NCBI GenBank assembly: GCA_037379345.1
Contig: CM074511.1
Span: 56,922,862 to 56,986,861 of the forward strand
Direction of reading: 5' to 3'
Length of the DNA stretch: 64,000 nucleotides
Source of the DNA: Perna viridis
Taxonomy: Eukaryota
A program made the translations under genes and the position numbers. Each line of letters opens with the position of its first letter. The first letter of the stretch is position 1. The notes below the pieces were generated by a model. The model saw only the letters and a program-made list of their open reading frames with translations, was not told the origin of the DNA and did no database searches. This document shows positions 28,750 to 43,811 of the stretch, in pieces.

Positions 28750-30611
28750 ATTTTTTTTCATTGAACTATTAAAATTTGCCTGGCAATTCTCATAATAGAA
28801 TGCTCACATCGAGTGCAGTAAATGGTAGGTCCGCTTTCCGCCCGAATCATACCGGAGACTCGATCTAGCATGTGGACTAGTTTTTATAAAGGTAATACGA
28901 TATTTGTTCCCTTTCTAGTGCAAAGTAAAGGCTTCCTGATTGTACAAACATTGATATCTGCTACTGGACATTAAACTACAATGAATAACTCAAACGAAAA
29001 ATTGACAGTGTCAGCAAAGAAATAATTAGTCATGAAAAAAATGATGATGAAAATGATTTTTATATAAAATGAAATACGTGGACAGAGTTAAATGATCTCT
29101 ACTTTTTTAACTACACCTGGCAGGCATTGGCAGCACATATTATCGAGTAAATGAAATATTCAACTACAGAACAACTGATATTGGTCTTCACTACGTTTGA
29201 TATCAATCTTCTATCTAATTTAGTCTCTAGAGAAGTGGAATTCCTTAAATTTGTAGAGATAATGGATGTTGCTGAAGACGTAAAAGCATTTAGACCGATT
29301 TAGACCAGTTTTCTGTTCATGAGTAAAATTTTGAAAAAAAATCACGTTCATTCATGTATCTTAAAAAAAGGACCCACATCGTATTTTTGGGAGGGGGATA
29401 CATCATTTCATAATTGTATCTATGCTATACAATGAAGGCATACATATGCATCAACAAACATTCCTGTAATGATATCAAACACCATTTAGAAGATAAGCTT
29501 CAACTGCATAAATTGTAGGAAACTGGAAAAAAGTACATAAGCTTTTACAGCTAGTATTAAATATTGACGCAGCTAATACAACATAATATCAATAATCACG
29601 AAACTAACTGTCAGGCACCGATTCTGTCATTCCATATTCCAATTCAAGTAGATTTCAATTAAAGTATATTATTTTTTTTCTTGCAGCAATCACTGTATCA
29701 ATGAGAGTTTTAAATAGTTCAGCGATAATGGAAAATTTTAAAAGAATCTATTCAAGTTCAAATAGGTAACTTAAAAGTATCATAATTACTGTATTTTCAT
29801 ACGGTATTATTCAGAATGCGTGTGAAACACCCACATCTATTCAGTGCAATAGGGATACTTAGATGTACAGGATGCACATTTAAAACCCTCTAACAATTAT
29901 CCTCATCCAATAACTTTTTATTTCTTTAAACTGATCTCTTATCATTGAATTTGGTTCTAATGTCATGCTATCCATTGGGGTAATGATCAGACATGCCATT
30001 TCAGCTAATGGCTTATCCAATAATTCAGGAATTACAGACATTATAGTACATTAAATCAATGATACATTTAGATATTCTGTTTAATAGACTTTTTTTATGC
30101 CTGAGAGAAAAAAGAGTATGTTTTTCTAACATATGTATACGTGGAATTCATCTTTTCATCATATCGTTTTCCGCCTTAAACTAAGTATAAACAGCACAAT
30201 TAAAGAAATGTGATTTGAAATTTTAATACAAATGCAACGTTCAATTGGCTTTAAGAAATACAAAAAATACATATTGTAAACTTCGATATGCTGTACACGT
30301 GTTTCAAGGAGTAACCTCACATCAGCAGCATTAAAATCAAATATGAAGGAAGATCATAGACAAAATATTAGTTTTATACAAGAAGTATTCAAAACCAAAA
30401 ACAATCGAAAGGGGAAGCCAAATTAATCATCGAGTGGTTCTACCATTTGCAATGCAAGGAATGAAGCCTCACTGTTTTACGTGAAAAAAAAAATGATAAA
30501 GATAAGATAGTTGAACCTTTCTTATTAGAACTGAGGAGATTATTCTGTGAAATAAACCCATATACTTATTTGGTTAACCATTCGGTGGAATTATATTCCT
30601 CTTAAAAATCT

Positions 30612-31735
30612 AAGAGTAATCAGGGGAACCAAGATTCTAGTAAGAACCAAAAAAATGTAATACAGGGTCAAAGACCAGACATGGAAAACAAACATATACA
30701 ACAAGGAACATAAATAAACCAAAATAATACATACAAAGTAACAATAGTAAATGAGCAACTCGGATTCCACTAAAAACTTGGAGCATTGACCAGGCGCATC
30801 AGTAGGGTAAGATCTAGCGCGATACAAAAAGTCTGCGTAGTTACGGCAAGCTCTGGCATTCAACAATTTTCTTTGCCATCGATCTCTACGTGTAGGTCAA
30901 TATATGAGTCCTACTACACACTGTCTGTAGTATCTTTTATACAAAAAATAAGAGTTAAAACCAATGGAAAATCATAGGTTTTAATGCTTTTGTATTCTAA
31001 TAATAATCTTGAATTGAGGGCTTCCAATAGATCTTTAGAATTTAGACCCAAATTGAATCAATACCACTATGGGAGTAACAAGTGTCGTCGTAGGACTGGA
31101 GACACTCTTTGACAGCTGTGAATATAGAAGTTAGAAATTTTGAAAAATGTTTGGTGTTACATTTTGCAGAAACAGCTTTGTAGCGTTGTTTGTATAGATT
31201 CTTGTAAAATTTAGGAAACCAGTATACAGACGGTAGATCACAATCACGGTCTTTGTTAGATAGACCAAAAGAAGATAATACAGATTTATGGATTTCCACT
31301 ATCTCTTCTTGGAGAGTGTAGTGGAAGAAAAGGTCTTATCACTGCTATTATTTCCTACGTCTACTCCTGATGATAAACACAGTATGTAATACATTTTGCA
31401 GGCAAAACAATGTTGTTTTGGGCTTTGGATGCAGGTAAGACGCAAGTATAATAGACGCTATTTTTGCTACATCGGGATCTTTGAAAACTGATGTAGCATT
31501 GGCACTCATTGTCCTACTTTCATACATTTCAGAATTAAAGACCTCATAGCCTTTACCCACTCTGACAGAGAATCAGTATGTTGTTGTTCTTATTTTGTCC
31601 ATTTTCTTGTGTAGTCCTCGACGGCATTCATAAGAACTTTAAAGTTAAAATTCAGATTTATTGATCGTGGTTTACGGTACTTGGGACCTTTAGAAAGGAC
31701 ATTATGGAGAAATTCGCTTTTGACGATTTTTAAAT
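30612..31735 (-). mobile_element. Penelope-like (Naiad-type) element with internal deletions
   Basis: KGPKYR.PRSINLNFN, LPSVYWFPKFYKNLYKQRY, ARACRNYADFLYRAR, and the family 3' UTR. Confidence 0.85.
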
Positions 31736-33279
31736 TCATGGTTAGTTAAACATGAAATATGTCTTTGACAACTTAAAATATGAATTTATAAAAGGTTCAG
31801 AGTAACAAAAAATATTGTTTGTCTGTTGCAAAGAAGTATTCAATGTTTCATATTGAAATGTACATGTAGATGTCCATCTAAGAATCGGAGGGAAAATTAA
31901 ATGAATTATTCGGGAAAACCCTATTAAAGGTTGCTTGAAACATCTTATACATGGATGGCTTTTTTACATAACACCGTCCAGTAATAGATGATTAGAATGC
32001 AAATAGGATAAGCATGTTGTCGAAATCAGTGTTATCTCATTTAAAAAAGTGATTTCATTGATATTCATTCACGTAAAAAGAAAAGTTACATTTAAACAAT
32101 GGTCGTATTTCAGTATTCTTAAACATTCTTTACATCCTATAAAAATTGAATTATGTGATCTTCGAGTCATAAAAGGGTTTCGCAAGATTTTGATTAGGAC
32201 ACATACGTAAAACTACAATAAAAAATAACGTTGATAATCAGTGCAAGAACCTTCAAATTAAAACGATAGTCGTATTTGTTTACACCGTGTGAGGAAACTA
32301 TCAAATCATCCCTGACTTACTTGAAAGGCAAAGGAAGTGATAGTAACATTAATCTTTTTTAAATTACAGTCTTGAAAAGTCTTTATGCTCCATCAAAACG
32401 AAGATTGGTGTTATGAAGGAATCTGCCTAGCTTTTTGACTGTCTGTCAGTTTTTAAACGAAACATCCCAAGAGATTTGATGAAGTGTAATAGAAGTTAAA
32501 TAAAGGATTGACATCACATACACTATTGATATGCATGAAAATTGAACCGTTGTCCGATGCTTCAAAGGGAGATAACCCAACTTAAGGTTTTTACATGTTA
32601 AAACCTTGTTAGCACAACTCTACGTAAACCGCCCAATTCTATCAAAAGACATTTAACAGGAAGTTTAAGCATTGTACGTAGAAAGAAAACTGATATCAGA
32701 TTAATGTCATATTATACCTGAGATTTAAAAAAGATGTAAGTCCACTTGAAGCAGGATATGCTTCCTTAGTGAGCTTGCTCACAATAATTGTCGTTGTATG
32801 TTGTACAGCATTTTAAAATACTCATGAGTCTAATGTAGAATTTATTTGATTAGCTAACATATACAACTATTTTATCTCACCGACAGTTAAAAGTCCTACC
32901 TGTCCCAAAAATATAATAGCACAATGCTGATTAAATAACAAGCGACAAAGCAAGACTAGCATATAGCAAATAAAATCCATATATGAATATCAAAAGGATT
33001 TTCACCCTCGTAGTGACGGAAAGGACAGGAAACTGTTCCAACTTATGCGGGGATTTACATGGCGTAGTTTATCTGGATTTACCTTTCCCAGACGTAGAAA
33101 ACAATCATGTTGCACCAAGATAATTGAAGAAAAAGATGGAGTCAAAAATTCAAAACAACGGAATGCTTAGGACGATTTACCCTAATATCTAGACAAACAA
33201 CCTAGCATTAAGCGCAGAAATATTTTCAAAATGTCTCAGAAAAGAATGTTTTCAATTAAAATTATACGATAAAACTCAC

Positions 33280-33691
33280 CTTTGGAAGAAACAAACATGT
33301 TAAGAACCAGACAATCCTCATGTTGTCGTATAATATACGGTTGTAATCTTCTCAAATTCGTCATTTTTATAGAAGAGTAATTGACTATAGATTGTCTTTC
33401 CTTATCCAGTGACTGTGGACAAACACATCCTCTGTTTTGACCGGAAAAACGTCTAACTTCCATCCATTGTTCTACAGAGCCTATTGGCTCCTCAAATCGT
33501 TTCGAGCTTGCGAAGTGAAATCCGCGGAAAACCTCGGCTGGTGATAAAGAATCATTTTCAAACTTAAATATCATTCCAGATACAGGCCCGTGCCTTGTGG
33601 TGAAAAGGCTAGGTGCAGTCTGCCATCGGCAATTCGCCAAATAGAGATGAAATGATATAAAAAACCAGAGTAAACTCGATGATGTATCCAT
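33280..33691 (-). CDS. Neuroligin-like variable first coding exon V4
   Basis: ATG at 33691 (MDTSSSLLWFFISFHLYLANC). Motifs TTRHGPVSG, AEVFRGFHFAS, RFEEP, VCPQ...LRRLQPYIIRQHEDCLVLNMFV. Ends AAA G|GTGAGT. Length 412 nt = 137 codons + 1. Confidence 0.88.
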
Positions 33692-35504
33692 TTACAATAT
33701 TATTTAGTGAGCAATGCCATGCAAATTCATCGATTACGAATGAAAAGCATCGTTTATGCAAACAATGTGTTTGCAACCAATTATTTATGGTGACATTCTG
33801 TATTAAATAATTCAGATGGTGATGATACAACTTCAAATTTACATTTAAAACGAGCCTTAAATAGATTCAGAGCAGCTAATGCCTCAGCTTTAACTTCCTG
33901 AGACTGAGAATTTATGTTATAGATCAAAACCAGACCATTGCTAAATGGTAACAGTGTCAGGATGGATTGATCCAACATTTCAAAATATACAAATAGAGAA
34001 CATGTCCATAAAAAATTCCATGGAATTGATTAAATTCCATTTCCCTTGATTAGACAACCAGTCAACCATTACTATAAGCATCAAAGGTCTATCCTGCAGT
34101 TAATGACTATTATCTAACTCGTTACTAGCAAAATGTAAACAGTACATCCATTGGTAAATAAAACATTTATGTTTTGAATGTTAAGTCACGGCTACATCTA
34201 TCGCGTAATTCTTAATCTGGTATGGCACATTTCTTAATGACAGTGAAGATATCAGTCTGAGGATTTATACGGAACACATTAAAAGATGATTTGTAAAGGT
34301 ATCGATTACATGGAGAATAAATTAAAATTTTGATAAATTTTGTGGAAAGGCATTGAATTTTTTATACTACATTTATGATATTTTATATGCGTCTTGCGTT
34401 GTCATACGGAAAAAAAATGTTTCTAATGTTTACACATTTTTCAGTGTATTAAATGTTTGCACTTTTGTTCATAGCAGAACTAAAATATTTACTGGTCTGA
34501 TGTAATACTAATCATTTTAGTCGCTTATCCATTTATCATCTATTTTGTAAAAAGTTGACAGCATTTTGGAATGTTAAAAGGTTCTCAACAATAATAACGC
34601 CCTCATCTGTGGCATTTGTGTTATTTGAATTTAAGATAATCCTATATAAAACAATAGAAAATAGAACAAATATGGTAAAACGCAACAAATGCACCAATAT
34701 TTGACCTAAATAAAAAAAATAGTAAATAAAAAAGTCTACAACAAGTGTCAACACAGCTTTAAGTAAACTCTGAGGGACACCAATAATACAATAATAATAA
34801 CAATAATACATCCGATTCTCTCCAAGTAATACATCACTATCCACGATATAGGCAATATGAGATATCCACTTAAAGAATGCTCACAGTTACTTAAAGCTAG
34901 CTCAAAACACATTAAAGATTGACAATAGCATTAAAACTACAAGCAATAGAAACAAACGATCACGACAATTCTAGTGGACTGGAGTTGGGGTTGTAACGTG
35001 AAGTACTAAAAGTCATAATGACTTTAGTTTTTATTTAGGGATGCAATTAAAGGTGGAATATCTCTGATTAGTGGAAACAAGGTTCAAAGAATAGAAAATA
35101 ATTACAATAATGCTCTTAAAGTATATGTTCTTCAACTCAAGAATTAACATTGAATTATAATATATGAAATTTTTTTTTTCAATAATGGTACATTGTTTGT
35201 GACAAAAAGTATTGTAGAAAGATAAAAAGAAGCAATCCCCTTCACCACACACTTTGATTTTCTGAATTATGTAATTTTGTTATTGGCTGAGACTAAATGC
35301 TACGATAGAACCATTTTATAAAATCTCATAAAAACCTTTAATAAACGTCATGTTTAAAATAAAAAAAAATCATATCTCATGAGAAGAAAAGGTTGAACCC
35401 TTAACTGGGTAAGTATGAAGTCGAATTACTGTACATTATTGTATGTAAGTACGTATTATCCTTTTACATAATTTACTTAAATCTTTTCATTAAATTCTTT
35501 AATA

Positions 35505-37372
35505 AAAGTAATCAAGGGAACCAAAATTCTAGTGGAAATCAAAATAATGTAATCATGGGACAAAGGCCAGACATGGAAAACAGACAAACACAACAAAGAA
35601 CATAAAATAACTACATACAAAGTAACAAAAGTAAATATGCAACTGGACCTCCACTAATAATCGGGAGCATGGACCAGGTGCACCTGTAGGGTAGCGTCCT
35701 CAGCTTTTCTAAAAACACCCAACGAGTTGATCTTAAAAAAGTCAAGACACGTTGAACAAATCAGTTTTCAAGGTGCAGATGGATATACCGTAACGATCCG
35801 CGAGCTCATGATTACGACCATAAAACTTCTGTAGTGATGACTACAATCTTGTAACAACATAACCGTTTTCCAGAAGCCAAATTATAAGAAGTCTAGCGCA
35901 ATACAGTCAATCTCTGGCGTAACGTACGAGTTTTGATATGAAAACTCCATACGCGGGTGCTTAAGGGATGTTGCCTCAGATGAAAGGAAAGATGACAGTA
36001 CAGAATGATTAGTTATCGCGTTTTTTTGTATAGTTTGGTTAATAGTTTTCCTTTACCACTGATCTCCAAGTAGAAGTTAAGATATGAGGCTGACGTCACA
36101 GTAATTATAGTATCGTTTATCTTAAGTTCTTTGGGGGTAGATGCGATGTCCCCGAAACTAGGATTGTTTAACGATGATACGTCATCTGTATTACGGAAAC
36201 TGAGCTTAAAGTACAGTGTGTATCTAGCTAAACGCAGTTCTTTCTTTCGGATCAGTTCAACTATAAGGTCATCCTCATAAGAGTAAAGAAATAGGTCCGT
36301 ATGTAGGGAAACACAATTTATTCCCATAGGAATGCCGACCGTTTGTTGAAAAACACATCCACCACACTGGACAAATATGATCAAAACTTCCAGCATTTTG
36401 AAAATATCTTCTTTGGTATATTTGGATGATGATTTGAAATTATTTTTTACAAAGCATGGCAATCTCTATGTATAAATTGTCCATAACTGGTGTTTGTCCC
36501 TGCATTACATTCTTTTGATTTCCGCTAGAATCTTGGTTCCCTTGATTACTCTTTCTACTTAGAACTACATTTTTGTATATAAGTGTACCGTCTTTTTTGC
36601 GTAGCAACGATGTATAACGTTTTTGAGGCGAAAATTTAACTGAGTAAGGAACATCGAAGTAAAAAAATAGTTGAAAAATCATAGGTGTTAATGCTATTGT
36701 ATTCTGATAATAATTTTGAATTAAGGGTTTTCAAAAGATCTTTTAAATTTTTCAATCAAAATTGAATTAATACCACTATGGGAGTAACAAGTGCTGTGGT
36801 AGGACTAGAGACACCCTTTGACAGCTGTGAGAAGTTAAAAGTTTTGAAAGAGGTTTGGTGGAACATTTTGTAGATCCAGCTATGAAGCGTTGTTTGTATG
36901 GATTCTTGTAGAGTTTAAGAATCCAGTACATAGACGGTAGATCACTATAATCGTCTTTGATAAAGAGACCAAAAGAGGGTAGCACAGATTTATGGTTTTC
37001 CACTATCTCTTCTTTTGAGTGTAGTGGTAGTATAGGTCTTAACACTACTATTATTTTCTACGTCAACCTCTGATAGTAATCATTGGATGTAAAACGTTTT
37101 GCAGATAAAACAGTGTTGGTTGGGCTTTGTTTGCTGGTTCGACTATGTATTTGTCATGAATGGTTGGCAATGTTTTAGCTACATGGGGATCTTTAAAAAC
37201 TTTCATACGTTGTAAAATTAAAGACCTCAAAGCCTTTACCCACGCTGACAGAGAAATAATGTCTTCTTGTTCTAGTATTATCCATTTTGTTGCGTAGTCC
37301 TCCATGGCATCCATAGGAACTTTAAGGTTAAAATTCAAATTTATGAATCGTGGTTCACGGTACTCAGGACCT
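35505..37372 (-). mobile_element. Longest Penelope-like (Naiad-type) copy, frameshifted RT
   Basis: LPSMYWILKLYKNPYKQRFIAGS, FQQTVGIPMG, DLFLYSYE, FRNTDDV. Coding similarity ends after the RT thumb with no C-terminal GIY-YIG, as in N-terminal-EN Naiad elements. Confidence 0.88.
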
Positions 37373-37803
37373 ATACCTATTTTACAGAATTTTGTCTGGG
37401 TTTCATAAATATATTTCCTTTTTCTCTAAGAAACTTGGAATTTAATGGAAATGTGTACAAGTAAGAAAATTCTATATATAGCTGCTATGCTGTCAAGATG
37501 TATATATTTTTTTTTCTAAAACTGTGAGATGACGATATGGTTAAGGTCTATGAAACTTTTATCATATTACATCTATCATTAATTGAAAATTTAAAAAAAA
37601 TCCGCTTACATAAAATTTGAAAATCAGGTAAATTGAAAACAATTGTATCTGTCAAAAGTTACATATACTGTTTTCCTTAACCATCAACTAATCATTTCTT
37701 TACACTGATCAGCTACATGCATTCTTTTGGCATCAAAGAGGTCATGTGAAGATGTCGAGATTTGTCATCAAATGATCAAGAATATATAGTGCCTACAACG
37801 ACC

Positions 37804-37922
37804 ATTGATTAAGACATGAAGTTGACTAATGGTGTTCCATGTTAATTGCGTTTTATGTTTCTCTAAATGTCAGCTATCAGAGATTGACCAAGATATAACC
37901 TTTGTCACGGCATCTGCAATAG
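37804..37922. promoter_or_regulatory. Conserved non-coding element, copy C (more diverged)
   Basis: attgatt..agacat..actaatgg..ttccat.ttaattg..gctat..gattgac..cttt.tcacgg is colinear with copy B. Confidence 0.4.
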
Positions 37923-38454
37923 TTGTACACTTTGGCTTTCAAATTGATGTATATCTAAAAACCACTACCATAGATACGTGAAATTGGTAATTGGTAACAC
38001 AATGATCATTTATCATCCAAGACAAAAAAAAGCCTACAATTACTGAGTATCATTAGTTTAATACTCAACAGCATATGTACAATATTAAATCATTATTTCA
38101 AATAGACTAACACAAAAAAGTGAAGTCAAATGTGTATAAATGATGAGTCAGAGTTTTTCTCTCTTTTTTTTTTATTCAAGACGAGTCAACTTAAAAGCTA
38201 AGCACTCCATCTTGTTATTTTGAGAGATACGATTTTATGATTAATGGCCATGTTTAAAGTTTGGAGGAAATTGAGCAATCAGAAATCTTGAAAAGTTAAA
38301 AAAGAAACTTCAAACAATTGAAGTTATCAGAACATTCAGATAGTATTCTACACAAAAACAATTGAAAATTTAGGCTGTAGATCAAGTTTCTGTTATTGTT
38401 CCGTTGAATATTAAATGTGATACTTCAAAGATAAACTAATGCTCGTGCTAATGA

Positions 38455-38626
38455 NNNNNNNNNNNNNNNNNNNNNNNNNNNNNNNNNNNNNNNNNNNNNN
38501 NNNNNNNNNNNNNNNNNNNNNNNNNNNNNNNNNNNNNNNNNNNNNNNNNNNNNNNNNNNNNNNNNNNNNNNNNNNNNNNNNNNNNNNNNNNNNNNNNNNN
38601 NNNNNNNNNNNNNNNNNNNNNNNNNN
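38455..38626. other. Assembly gap (172 N)
   Basis: Run of N. Confidence 1.
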
Positions 38627-39699
38627 CCCCTGAAAAACAAAAACTAAAAAACATAACAAAACAAAACCAGCTGTGTTAGTAGATGTGCATTAATATTTCA
38701 TTACGTAATTGGTCTATCCCTCTGGTTTTAAAATTTTATTTGAATTCCAAACCACAGCGACATATCGGTTTGTTTTAGCAATCATTAGAAAACTAGGAAA
38801 AAATTATGATGGATACTGTTTATCTCCAATCAAAGACTATGAAAGACTAATCAGACACATACAGAAATTATAAAAGTTAAATTGATTTCATTAAGTGCCT
38901 ATAGCGCTTTCGATTTACTCTATTTAGGTTCAGTTCAGCTTAGATAATGAATTGGGAAAAGGACAATTAAAATTTTTAATTCTTTAGTAAAATATATAAG
39001 TAAGACGATACCCATTTACTTATTAACCTGTGAGGACTATAGACTACCATTGATTTTAATTGTTATTCCCCATACTATCATAGCCCTATCTAACGATTAA
39101 AACACGGAAGCCGATATGCACTTTTTTTTTTTAAATGTCGATATGATGTTGTAAATTTTAAGTGGCAAAGCCATGATGTTGACAGTAAACAATAAAACTG
39201 TCATTTGTTAACTCATGTGTCAGTAATATTTCTAATTATATAGTGATTTATTTTGACATCTGATCAAATTCAAAGTCAATATTTGTCTAAAGTTAATGTT
39301 CTACAACTATTTAATATTCTTTTGTAAAAATTCTAAATTATAATAACAAAAGTTTAAATAATTAATTTTAGGCATAAAGTTAAAAGATGGTAATTTAGGG
39401 TAGGTTAACCACGAATATCCCACGATGATATATTATCATGCTTTAATATTCCAAAACAGGACTCGTGAAATTGATTATTAAAACCTCCGAGCACAGTTAA
39501 TTTATCTTTTATCAGTGTACTAGTAAAAGATTTAAGGATTCCATAAAACTGGTCAATATTTAGAACTTTACGAGACATATTACCATTATTTTAGTTTCAA
39601 ATGTATCCATGTAAGGTATATACTTTAGTGTATAAACTGTAATTATAAAGTTTTTTGATAACATCCCTCTTTCTACATTTTTAACCTTAACATCATTTG

Positions 39700-40453
39700 G
39701 CTAGATCCTTCAATCTCAGTTTCTGCTATATAGATGACATATTTTCTTTAAACAATCCTAATTTCGGGGCTTTGATACATCGCATCTACCCAAATTAACT
39801 TGAGATAAAGGATACTACAGACACTGTTAAGTCAGCCTCTATCTTGACCTACACTTAGAAATCGATGGTAAAGGAAAACTACTGACCAAACTTTACGACA
39901 AGCGTGATGACTTTTCATTTAGAATTGTCAACTTTCCTTTCATCTGTGGCAACATTCCTTCGGTACCTGCGTATGGAGTGTTCATATCGCAACTCATACG
40001 TTATGCCAGAGCTTGCCGAAACTACGCAGACTTTTTGTATCGCGCTAGAACTCTAACAAATAGGCTTCTGGAACAGGGTTATGTTGCTACAAGATTGAAG
40101 TCATCACTACAGAAGTTTTATGGTCGTCATCATGAACACGTGGATTATTTCTGTGTATCCATCTGCATCCTGAAAGCTGATTTATTCAACGTGTCATAGT
40201 TTTCCTTTCCTCTTTCGTCTACCCCGGTCAACTCGGCGGGTGTTTCTAGAAAAGCAGAGGACGCTTACCCTACCAGTGCACCTGGTCCATGATCCCAGTT
40301 TTTAATGGAGTCCGAGTTGCTCATTTGCTTTTGTCACTTTGTATGTATGATTTATGTTCTTTGTTGTGTATATCTGTTTTCCATGCCTGGTCTTTGTCCC
40401 TGGATTACATTCTTTTGATTATCGCTATAACATTGCTTCCCTTGATTACTCTT
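39700..40453 (+). mobile_element. Penelope-like (Naiad-type) 3' fragment
   Basis: FISQLIRYARACRNYADFLYRARTLTNRLLEQGY...KFYGRHHE plus 3' UTR. Confidence 0.88.
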
Positions 40454-41834
40454 TCTCGAACCAACACATTTCTAAGAAACTAGAAATGAAATAAGGATTA
40501 GATGAGGATTTGTAATGCATGTAAGTTTTGCAAAACAAATGAAGCGTGCAATTATTTGATATTTAAGTTTGCTACAGAACACTACAATAATTTTGCATAA
40601 ATGTTTCATTTTGTTCAAGTTACAAAAATTATTAGTATCACGTGAGATACGGAACTTTTAAGCGCTATAGCCCGTATATTCTGATCTTGATGCATACCAC
40701 CACTGTATGAACTTTGTTACAAACTAGTTTAAAACTTTTTATTTAAAAAAAAAGGGAATTCATTTGCTCTGAATGCAGACAAAGGTGTACGGGCATTAAG
40801 CTATGAATGTTGTCTAAAACTATCAACTTTGTTCTGATAACATAAAATTTGTTCATAACACAGTAAAATATATAAATATAAGGAAAAATATAATTTGTGG
40901 CATTAGTTCATAGTATGACGTCACTATGGTGCCACCGAAGAAACATTTTTTTTTTTATTTTCACATATGATTAACTACATAATAATGAATGTATTCACTA
41001 ATTATTAAGTTGTATCTTTGGTGTGGATACCTTTTCCTCGCCAAAAATATTACCAGACCAAATAGAACAAAATTTGACAGAATATCTGAAAATTGGTAAA
41101 CTTCAAGCATTTTTTCTGTCCTTTCAATGCAAGAATTATTAGAAGTTTTAATGTTTTCTCGTTTGTGGTGGATTCAAGTCTCCAAATTCACAATAAAATT
41201 ATTCAACAGTTTATGATCATTTTTAGGCCAATTAGACTCTTTGTCACCCCTTCACCTTTACAGCAGGAATTTAATTCCGTATAATTATATAACTTCTCAT
41301 CCTTGACATAATTAGGGCTCCCAAAACGAAGTTTTTTTAAACACATTTTAAGAAATTCTTTAAACCAGTTTTTTTCAATAATTTGCAAAATAGAGCAAAA
41401 TTCCTACAGAATCCATATAAAATGTAGAAATGCCTCTTTTAAAGGTCTTATTATATTACTTGGTATCAATTTCGGTTACCGATTTTTTACATTTAAATTC
41501 AGGGTATGTGCATTGAAGATCATCTTGTGAAGAAATAGGAAAATCTATATACAAACATATTAGTTATAATCTAGCTTAAGCACTTGACATTTCGTTACAC
41601 AACAGATTTCAACTTAAGAATAAAATTAACTAATTGTATTCCTTACGCCCTTGATACATCTAGGAATATCTCATATTTTTCAGGCAACACAAAAAAAGCA
41701 ATAGAAAGATCTTTGTTAGACTATTCTTCATTTCTTGTGTCAATTTCTGAGATAGTTATCGGTAAATGTTTATTGTGCTTATACACATCCCTCTTGCACA
41801 TCTTGCATCTGTCATTCTAATGATAGAAAGTGGT

Positions 41835-41986
41835 TTGTCAACTTAATTGACTTCTCTTATATGGAAGTATAATAATAACTAATGGAACTCGTACTTTAAT
41901 TGAGCCGTCTGTGTTAAGTTCCTATACTTGGCAGTTCTGATTGACGGAGCAGCTGTAAAGGAAATCTTATCACGAATACACCAAAG
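41835..41986. promoter_or_regulatory. Conserved non-coding element, copy A (function unknown)
   Basis: Shares exact blocks ttgtcaacttaattga, taactaatggaact, tgattgac, aaaggaa.tctt, tatcacg, in order, with 49435-49587. Confidence 0.5.
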
Positions 41987-43744
41987 CATGCTTTTGATAC
42001 TTTGTTAAAACAATACTATAACAAGGACCAGAGTTCTTTTATTTCGATTGCGTGTACTGTGGAACTCTTCGATACCGGTGCTTTATAACTCAAGGAATGC
42101 TAATGGAAAATAAAATATTCAATGAAGTAGGTTCTTGAAAACGCAGCATTAAAATTGCGTTTTAGAACGAAATGAATTTTAAGATTACTTTGGATGCGAA
42201 TTATTATAATCTATTTGTGATTTTGGTAATATTCTAAATTAATTAATGATTTTGGTGGTTCTTCAGTATCGTCAACTTATATATTTGTCAAATCTGCCAT
42301 AAAAATTGTTGGTTGTCTTATTCAACGTTTTTAGATGAATGAAATGCATTTGTTTTTATAACAACCATAGAAAAGCCTTTACTTAACCCGACACAGTTAT
42401 TGTCTTCCGTGTATTACCATCTTGACATTTTGGGACATGTTAAAAAAAGCATAATTGTTACCTTTCGTTTGGTGTGTTCACGTTGATTATTAATTTGGTC
42501 ATTAAATGTTTGCTAGTTATTTATCGAATGATCTCTGATCTACATTTATATCGACAACCTTATTTTCTATCTTGGGTGACAGGCATGATGATTAAAAAAT
42601 ATCGGCAACCTCACATCGCCGATAAACATAAACATATGGTCTTCTCATCTTGCCTAAATTGGGCTACGCTAATAGATGACCTATCACTTCACTTTTTTAT
42701 AAAACTTAATGGTCATTCAAAGCCTTATTTCGTAGGGAGAACAGTATTACTCGTGTCCCTTAATTAATCCATATCTCCTTCTATAGCTTTATACTGATAT
42801 CTTAAAAAGATCGTGTAAAACTCGTCCTTTTTACCATGGCAAACTTGATGATTAGCTTTGAAAAACACTTAAGGTTTATGACATCTATTATGAACGGACA
42901 GACAGGTGTTAGTGATTTTTTTCATCCCTTATTTCAACAATAACGTTTAATAAGCAATTCAATGATTATATTATATATCCAACTGAGAAGCCTATTGGAG
43001 GCTTCGTCGGTAATGTTTCTTTTATGGAGTCCGGTTTTCTCATTTTTATAGATAAATGAGTAGTGTCTGTCTGTTTTCATAGATATAGGCTGTCTTTTTC
43101 AGTTCTTTTTGTCTTTGTCTATGAGTTATGAATAAGATCAGGACGCCCTGACGATGATTTTCTATTATTTTAATTACTTTATTGGTAAAAATATAATTTT
43201 AATTATGCGCTCTATGGTCACTTATAAATCTGTAGACCCTCTTACTGTGATATTGAAATCTCTTATTTGCTGTTTATAAAACGCAGCATGTTGCTGGACT
43301 AATAAGCAACCTTTCTCATTAAATAAGTGGTCATATGAGATACCAGGCTAGTATTGTTATTTCTTAATATGAATTATTATCAATAATTGTTGAACAATAA
43401 CCTTGCTATTCCACAATTCCAATATATTGAATAATTCTGTCTCTATCTGGGGCCGCCTAGATAACCCTGCTGAGAAGTGTTAGAAGTAGAAATAGGATAA
43501 TAATTACAATAGGAGCGGAACGAGTTAGTGATTGAATTTTACATTTTAGAATAAGAAGTAAACTGTAAGACTTATTAAATTGTCTACAATTGTGGAACTG
43601 AAAACAGGTATAACAACGTCTATTGCTCTGTACAAAACTTGCAACACAAAAGTTTAACAACTAACATAATACAGAATCAATGGCAGGAAATAGAACAATT
43701 TAAAGACTCACAAAACTAAAACATGGAATTGTGGTACTACCCGC

Positions 43745-43745
<1 letters not shown>

Positions 43746-43810
<65 letters not shown>
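43746..43810. repeat. (CA)n microsatellite
   Basis: Direct inspection. Confidence 0.97.

Positions 43811-43811
<1 letters not shown>

Noticed and set aside
378-33901. Short recurring motifs (AACTTCCTG, AGACTCTAATT, CTAATGG) as a shared promoter signature
   Set aside because: Position and orientation relative to the V exons are inconsistent, and counts are compatible with chance after post-hoc selection.
35505-37372. Selenoprotein-type Naiad with in-frame UGA
   Set aside because: The copy is frameshifted and decayed, and I could not identify conserved UGA codons or a SECIS.
38411-38659. ORFs spanning X runs
   Set aside because: Artefacts of the N gap.
41030-41400. QKKCLKF plus a donor-like site as a V-exon remnant
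   Set aside because: No CPQ or RFxxP motif, and the Cys-to-donor distance is wrong.
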